The notes under the pieces: model-generated
The model's database searches: none
Told to the model about the DNA's origin: nothing
The model's input: the letters and a program-made list of their open reading frames with translations, nothing else
Assembly (NCBI RefSeq): GCF_900079115.1
Contig: NZ_LT549890.1
Span: 1,530,001 to 1,562,000, forward strand
DNA from: Saccharolobus solfataricus
GTDB taxonomy: Archaea > Thermoproteota > Thermoprotei_A > Sulfolobales > Sulfolobaceae
DNA length: 32,000 bases
Reading direction: 5' to 3'
Made by a program: the position numbers and the translations under genes
In this document: positions 26,981 to 32,000 of the stretch, one piece after another
How the letters are laid out: the number at the start of each line of letters is the position of its first letter
Numbering within the stretch: position 1 is the first letter of the stretch

Positions 26981-28214
26981 CGTGAGAGTGTCCGGAATGT
27001 AATTATCTGAACGAATAGATAAACAGAATGATAAATATTAATATTGCCAGAAGGGTGAAACCCGGATAACCGAGAAAAACTTTATAATGGAAAAATATCA
27101 AGACGAGAGGATTTACCTATCGCGCATAGCGTTGCCTGATCGCGAGGAGGCGCGTCTCAGAGCTGAACGGCTCTACGTCCTGGAGGAGTCCTCCGTTGGA
27201 TCGCGAGGAACATCTTGATGTTGTAGATCACTCCCAGGACGTGAAGGAAGACGTCGTTCCTCCAGGTCGTGGTCCCGTAGGGCCTCCAGAACGCGTTCAG
27301 GTAGGTGCCGAAGAACTCCACGTGGGCCCTCAGGGTAGTGAAGGGCTTCTCCCGCGCTATGAGCTGTGTCGGGGAGGGAGAGAATCCCCTGTCCGCGATC
27401 TTAATCCCCTTGAGCGGTGACTTGAACCTCTTGTCCGAGAAGTTGGCTGGCTTCACCGTGATGGACCTCACGAAGAGGGAGACGGAGATCACGGCCACTG
27501 CCTTGAGCCCGTAGTGCGAGACCCCTCTCTTCTTGGTCCACCTTCCCTCGAACCTCCTCTTGGTTCTCCCCAGGGAGAGCAGCTTCCTGGCCCTCTCCAG
27601 GTTACCTTCCCTCCTCTCCAGCTCCGCCTTCTCCCGAAAGGTCTCCACGCTCCTCTTCCCAGGAGGTAAGTCCAGTAGGAAGGAGTCCACTAGCCACGCC
27701 ATGAAGTCCACGAGATGCGCGCTCGCAGGGAGGTAACTGGGTAGGCACTTCTCCTCAAGCTTGAAGGAAATCTCCAACAACTTCTTCCTCACCCCGTACA
27801 ACCTGCCCACGAAGTCGTGCAGCGTGCTCTTCCCCACCTTCCTCCCCACGAACCAGGCCACGACCACGTTCACGTTGACCATTTTCACCGCGTCCCTATA
27901 GGAGCAAGAGTAGAGCACCATGACGATTAACAACTTCAGGTAAACCAGCGCACCCTCGCCCAGAACCCTCTCCAAATCCATGGTGTCCAGCACGGGCTTG
28001 ATCTCCGTTAACCATTTTTCCCTCCACGGCATATCCTCTATTGGGGGAAGAGGGTAGTACATCAAGTTTGGTATGTGTCTTAATGTTCTTGCCATGGTAC
28101 TACCCTCTACTCCCATAACTTAAGTGTTACTCCAATTTAATCCAAGATAATGCTAAAAATCAATTTATTCTTGTCAATAAAAATTCAATTTTTTACATTC
28201 CGGACACTCTCACG
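26981..28214 (-). mobile_element. Intact IS of exactly 1,234 bp, ISC1234-like (IS5-type)
   Basis: Terminal inverted repeats CGTGAGAGTGTCCGGAATGTAA at 26981-27002, with the reverse complement at 28193-28214. It is flanked by TA on both sides, in the context T-TA-G. Confidence 0.85.
27157..28116 (-). CDS. DDE transposase
   Basis: 319 aa filling the IS. It is much more G+C-rich than the surrounding genome. Confidence 0.85.
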   Translation of the reverse strand: MGVEGSTMARTLRHIPNLMYYPLPPIEDMPWREKWLTEIKPVLDTMDLERVLGEGALVYLKLLIVMVLYSCSYRDAVKMVNVNVVVAWFVGRKVGKSTLHDFVGRLYGVRKKLLEISFKLEEKCLPSYLPASAHLVDFMAWLVDSFLLDLPPGKRSVETFREKAELERREGNLERARKLLSLGRTKRRFEGRWTKKRGVSHYGLKAVAVISVSLFVRSITVKPANFSDKRFKSPLKGIKIADRGFSPSPTQLIAREKPFTTLRAHVEFFGTYLNAFWRPYGTTTWRNDVFLHVLGVIYNIKMFLAIQRRTPPGRRAVQL

Positions 28215-28279
28215 TAGGTGAAGTAGGATTTAGTGAAAAGTGGGCACATTTTCAATTTATATCACATTCTCCTCCTTTA

Positions 28280-29191
28280 ATGCCTGGTTACGCTACAATT
28301 TCTCCTCCACCTACTACTAACGTTAACCAAGCTCCTTTGGCTTACGATATAGCAGGGATAAAGTACTTATTCATAGACAATACGTCTTACATCCCATTAA
28401 GCAATTCTTTCATTTATTCCTATCTAAACCACTCTGGGCTTAAGGTAGTTTACGCAAATGCCGATGTTTACTTACTTGAACAGCCTAACGCTTCAGTGTT
28501 TAGGGAAGCTAAGATGGGCATTTATTTCAATTCATCTAATGAAACAATTTTATTTAAGGCCGAGTGCTTACTCTATCCTCTACTTAACTATACTCCAGCC
28601 ATAATTACACCAGTAAAAACTAGCAATACTGTGACAATGCTGCTTAATCCATCAATAGTTGATGAGAATAACATAGAAATATTTAATGAGAGTAAAAACG
28701 CGACCATCCTTCAAGGGTCTTATATAATAGATCATAACGGAAGCATATCAACTTTTAGTCTATCTGGCGAAGAAAATATTAGCATAAAACCATGGACTAT
28801 AATTATTCCAAACGATATTAACATTCGCGAGTTTGAATCCATACCCATCAATTTCTCCTTTAACCAATTTATGGCAGAATTTAGCGTTAATAATAACCCC
28901 GGATATTTAGTCGAAACTTCATTACCTTTACCTTACGGTGGAATAATAGTGAATAACGGAAAAGCTTTGGGCGTAAACGGCTTTGGGCAATACGTTTTTA
29001 CGTCAGACGGTAAACTAACGATTTCAATAAAATTAGGTTTTATAACTGATTTACTAATGACTGCTGTAGATATTTTCTTTTACGCATTATTTATATACTT
29101 TTTCGTTTACAAGAATATTTTTAAAGGTCTAGGTACTGAGGTTTTTAGGAATGTTATCACTAGGATTAGCAGACTCAAGAGCTATAAGTAA
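28280..29191 (+). CDS. Sequon-rich extracellular-type domain with a C-terminal TM anchor; probably the distal part of, or partner to, the membrane protein at 25458
   Basis: 303 aa with no N-terminal signal or TM. I count about 11 N-x-S/T sequons (NTS, NHS, NAS, NSS, NET, NYT, NES, NAT, NGS, NIS, NFS). The terminal TM is LLMTAVDIFFYALFIYFFVY. The frame is open back to 28214, the IS boundary. Confidence 0.55.
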   Translation: MPGYATISPPPTTNVNQAPLAYDIAGIKYLFIDNTSYIPLSNSFIYSYLNHSGLKVVYANADVYLLEQPNASVFREAKMGIYFNSSNETILFKAECLLYPLLNYTPAIITPVKTSNTVTMLLNPSIVDENNIEIFNESKNATILQGSYIIDHNGSISTFSLSGEENISIKPWTIIIPNDINIREFESIPINFSFNQFMAEFSVNNNPGYLVETSLPLPYGGIIVNNGKALGVNGFGQYVFTSDGKLTISIKLGFITDLLMTAVDIFFYALFIYFFVYKNIFKGLGTEVFRNVITRISRLKSYK

Positions 29192-30359
29192 AGCTAACAG
29201 TGGTTCGGAAAGGCATGTAAGGGAAGTTATTAAGAGGCTTTCCTTAAGATATAAACTTTACTACTTACCTACTACTCACGCTTTTTTAGACGCAATATCT
29301 GAAGATCAGTTAAAAGAGATAAAGAAATTCGCCAAAGTTCCCTCATTTTTTGAATATTTATTGGATAAAAAATTAGGCAAAGTTTCACTATTAAGAGAAT
29401 TATTTACCTTTTCCCCTTTAGCCAAGGAGCTCGTGAGAGAGTATGAAAGGGAAATAGGTATATTAGATTTCATTTATGTTCCTCATACTTATAGAATTCA
29501 ATTAATGCCATCTATTCTATTTTCAAAATTAAGCCGAGGAAAGTACGGAATGTTATTAATGACCGATCCTCACAACTCTTTATTAGAAAAGGAGTCCTTT
29601 TTTAAATGCGTAAATGTCTGGAGCAAAATATGGTTTTCAAGAAAGAGTGCAATCGAGTTCTGTAGTTTTCAAAGATTACAAAACATAGCATTTTTACTGA
29701 AGGCGATAAAGACAAAGCCCAGTTTTATAAGCGTAATGAACAAATGTGCTTTAAATTATACTGGTCTGCCGAAATATTTTAATACAAAAGTTCTATCTCC
29801 TCCCCACGCTTTTAACAACCTAGCCTTAAAGTACAGAAATTTTGATAAAGAGGACTACCTAGTATTTCTAGGAAGAATAAATACTGCCAAAGGAGCAAAC
29901 GAAGCTCTGGAAGTAGGAAAACATGTAAAATTAAAAATGATAGGCTACAAAGAGCAGGAGTTTATAGTAAAGCAAGCAAGAAGCTTTGGAATAGAAGTAA
30001 TTGAAAACGTTTCTGAAGAAGAAAAATTCGAAATACTCTCAAAGGCAAGGGCTTTAGTTCTACCTTCACACCAAGAATCTTTTTCTGTAACCATACTTGA
30101 AGCACTGGCGGTAGGGACTCCAGTAATAACTTATGATTTACCTTCTTTAACCTCTACTTATAATTTTAAGCCAGTATTTTTTGTAAAGGAATTCGACGTT
30201 AAAGGTTTAGTAAACACTGCTTTAGAAGTATATAATATGAAAAAGATTGAAGAAATGTTTAATGATGAGAGGTTGGAGGAATTTATTAAAATGCACTCAA
30301 GTTGGGATAACGTAAGTAATGCAGTTGATAAATTAATTACTGAAGCTATTCAAGAATGA
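29151..30359 (+). CDS. GT4-family glycosyltransferase
   Basis: 402 aa with GSERHVREVIKRL near the N-terminus, FLGRINTAKGANEAL, and the E-x7-E region SHQESFSVTILEALAVGTPVITYD. Confidence 0.75.
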   Translation: MLSLGLADSRAISKANSGSERHVREVIKRLSLRYKLYYLPTTHAFLDAISEDQLKEIKKFAKVPSFFEYLLDKKLGKVSLLRELFTFSPLAKELVREYEREIGILDFIYVPHTYRIQLMPSILFSKLSRGKYGMLLMTDPHNSLLEKESFFKCVNVWSKIWFSRKSAIEFCSFQRLQNIAFLLKAIKTKPSFISVMNKCALNYTGLPKYFNTKVLSPPHAFNNLALKYRNFDKEDYLVFLGRINTAKGANEALEVGKHVKLKMIGYKEQEFIVKQARSFGIEVIENVSEEEKFEILSKARALVLPSHQESFSVTILEALAVGTPVITYDLPSLTSTYNFKPVFFVKEFDVKGLVNTALEVYNMKKIEEMFNDERLEEFIKMHSSWDNVSNAVDKLITEAIQE

Positions 30360-30492
30360 CGAAATTTGTAACTAAATATATACGGATTAAAAAACATCTC
30401 ATTATTAATTATAGGAAATAGATATATTTTATTACTATCTCTAGTAATGTCACCATAGAGCTATTAAAGGTTAAATACGCAAAAATTTTATA

Positions 30493-31518
30493 CTATTTAC
30501 TTTCCATTATTTTATAGATTGCTTTCTTCTCCATTTCAGCTGCTTTTTCCCAATTTAGGGTTTTAGCTAATTCCCTACTTTTCTCTCCTATAGACTTCCT
30601 TAGCTTCTCATCCTTTAATAGTTTAACAACTTCTTCAGCAAAAGAGCTGATATCAGGGTATGTTACTCTTATTGCAACTGGATATCTTTCACTCCATTTT
30701 AAATCCCAAGTAACTACTGGTAAATAAGCTGATAAAGCCTCAGTAACTGCTAAGGCAAAGCCTTCATACAAAGAGGGGAAAACAAAGACTTTAGACTTTG
30801 CGAGCAAATCAATTTTCTCTCTTTCAGTAACGAAACCGTAATAAACGGAATTTTTAGGAATTTCGCTCCATCCTTTTCCTATAATACATAGTTTAGCGTC
30901 AATTTTCTCATTAACTTTATCCCATATTTGAAATAAATACCTTGATCCTTTCCTCTCGCCGTAGTTCCCTACAAAAATTCCGTCGCATATTTTCTCCTCT
31001 GACGTGTAATAATCCTCGACACTAACGCCATTAGTTGAAGTTAAAATAACCTTGTTAGGAAAGAGACTTTTAAGTTCTTCATATACTTCAGGATTATCTA
31101 GGCAAATGATTCCCTTACTTCTTGCAATGACAGTACGCAAGAATTTGCTTCCTCTAATCTCTTCAGTAACATGATGAACTACCACAATAAAAGGCTTCCG
31201 CGAGAAAAGGGATAATAACCACGTATAATAAACGCTTAATGAATACTCACTATAACTTATTAAGACGTCTACTTTCCTAGCGTATTTAAGGCAATTTAAG
31301 AATCCTTTCAAGTAGGTTTTCTTATCAGTACTTGAGGAACTAACTAAGTGAAATTTTGAAAGCAAAGGAGATATTTCTGGATCTACTTGTGGCAAAGTTC
31401 TTTCGTCTACACATAAATAAACTTCCTCTCCCATTCTGCTGTAAACTTCTAACGTTCTCCTCATTCCACCAAGGAATTCCTTACCAAACCTCATCGGAGG
31501 TGATATTAAAATCCTCAT
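30493..31518 (-). CDS. GT4-family glycosyltransferase
   Basis: 341 aa with [23 protein letters not shown] and [25 protein letters not shown]. Confidence 0.8.
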   Translation of the reverse strand: MRILISPPMRFGKEFLGGMRRTLEVYSRMGEEVYLCVDERTLPQVDPEISPLLSKFHLVSSSSTDKKTYLKGFLNCLKYARKVDVLISYSEYSLSVYYTWLLSLFSRKPFIVVVHHVTEEIRGSKFLRTVIARSKGIICLDNPEVYEELKSLFPNKVILTSTNGVSVEDYYTSEEKICDGIFVGNYGERKGSRYLFQIWDKVNEKIDAKLCIIGKGWSEIPKNSVYYGFVTEREKIDLLAKSKVFVFPSLYEGFALAVTEALSAYLPVVTWDLKWSERYPVAIRVTYPDISSFAEEVVKLLKDEKLRKSIGEKSRELAKTLNWEKAAEMEKKAIYKIMESK

Positions 31519-31866
31519 TGGTATTGTTTCTAAGTTACAATATAATAAGAATTCTGTCTTCTTTACGCATATCTTTGCTCATCAATAAGCGTACTTATCT
31601 ACCGCGGATGACATCTTCTAAAATGACGCATCAGTAATCTCATCTTGTAAATTTATTTTAGTCTTATGTACGTGAAGCTAACGAATTAATTCAGCGCCAA
31701 CATAATACAACTAATCTAGTTTAAGATCGGTATAAAATAAAATGCATATATAGCTCTTAAAATTGCTTACAAGTCTTTATGGTGTATAAAAGTCAGTTAC
31801 TGCTAGACACGTTATTTTACATCTATTTGTTGGTTTTCTTTCTATAGAGAATAGAACATTATTAAC

Positions 31867-32000
31867 TTATTTATTTAGTGAGCATTTTATAATTTTTGCA
31901 ACGTTTTCTGCAACATTATCCCAATTATGAAACTCAATAAACGAGTTAACTCTCTTATCATATATTGCCTCTTGTAAATTTCCGGTTTTAAGTTCATTTT
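31867..32000 (-). CDS. 3' end of a gene running in from beyond the window (possibly another glycosyltransferase)
   Basis: The reverse frame reads ..NELKTGNLQEAIYDKRVNSFIEFHNWDNVAENVAKIIKCSLNK* with its stop at 31867-31869. The F..W+.VA+ tail is typical of GT4 C-termini. Only 44 codons are visible. Confidence 0.35.
   Translation of the reverse strand, partial: NELKTGNLQEAIYDKRVNSFIEFHNWDNVAENVAKIIKCSLNK

Noticed and set aside
27196-27736. Three + strand ORFs (74, 69 and 67 aa)
   Set aside because: All lie antisense to the transposase gene in an unusually G+C-rich stretch, where stop codons are rare. They have Pro/Arg/Gly/Ser-rich compositions.
31356-31637. 93-aa + strand ORF
   Set aside because: It is mostly antisense to the 5' end of the GT4 gene at 30493..31518 and has no motifs.

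Overview
This is an AT-rich archaeal chromosome segment. The gene content and insertion-sequence complement look like Sulfolobales (Saccharolobus/Sulfolobus type); that call rests on element lengths and termini recalled from the ISC nomenclature, not on a database search.

Layout:
- 1-6.9 kb: housekeeping and lipid or aromatic-acid genes (MFS transporter, CbiZ-like protein, PaaK-like ligase, acyl-CoA synthetase, acyl-CoA dehydrogenase).
- 7.0-8.6 kb: an intact ~1.05 kb DDE insertion sequence nested in a decayed relative.
- 8.7-11.1 kb: a glpK-glpF glycerol operon whose channel protein lacks both canonical NPA boxes.
- 11.2-12.8 kb: a frameshifted IS110-family element inserted into an older transposase relic.
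- 13-22 kb: an AT-rich, decayed accessory region. It holds a metallophosphoesterase, a coiled-coil/PD-(D/E)XK protein with perfect 105-bp tandem repeats, pcp, a broken hotdog thioesterase and a VKOR homologue. It also holds an imperfect inverted duplication of a three-gene cassette of unknown function, and a ~110-bp MITE-like repeat present twice.
- 22-32 kb: a surface-glycan type locus (FkbM methyltransferase, at least three GT4 glycosyltransferases, a large polytopic membrane protein). It is hit by a 1,234-bp IS and by a ~1,290-bp IS nested in a truncated copy of the 1,234-bp element.

I found no rRNA gene, tRNA gene or CRISPR array. All function calls come from motifs read in the translations; no searches were run.
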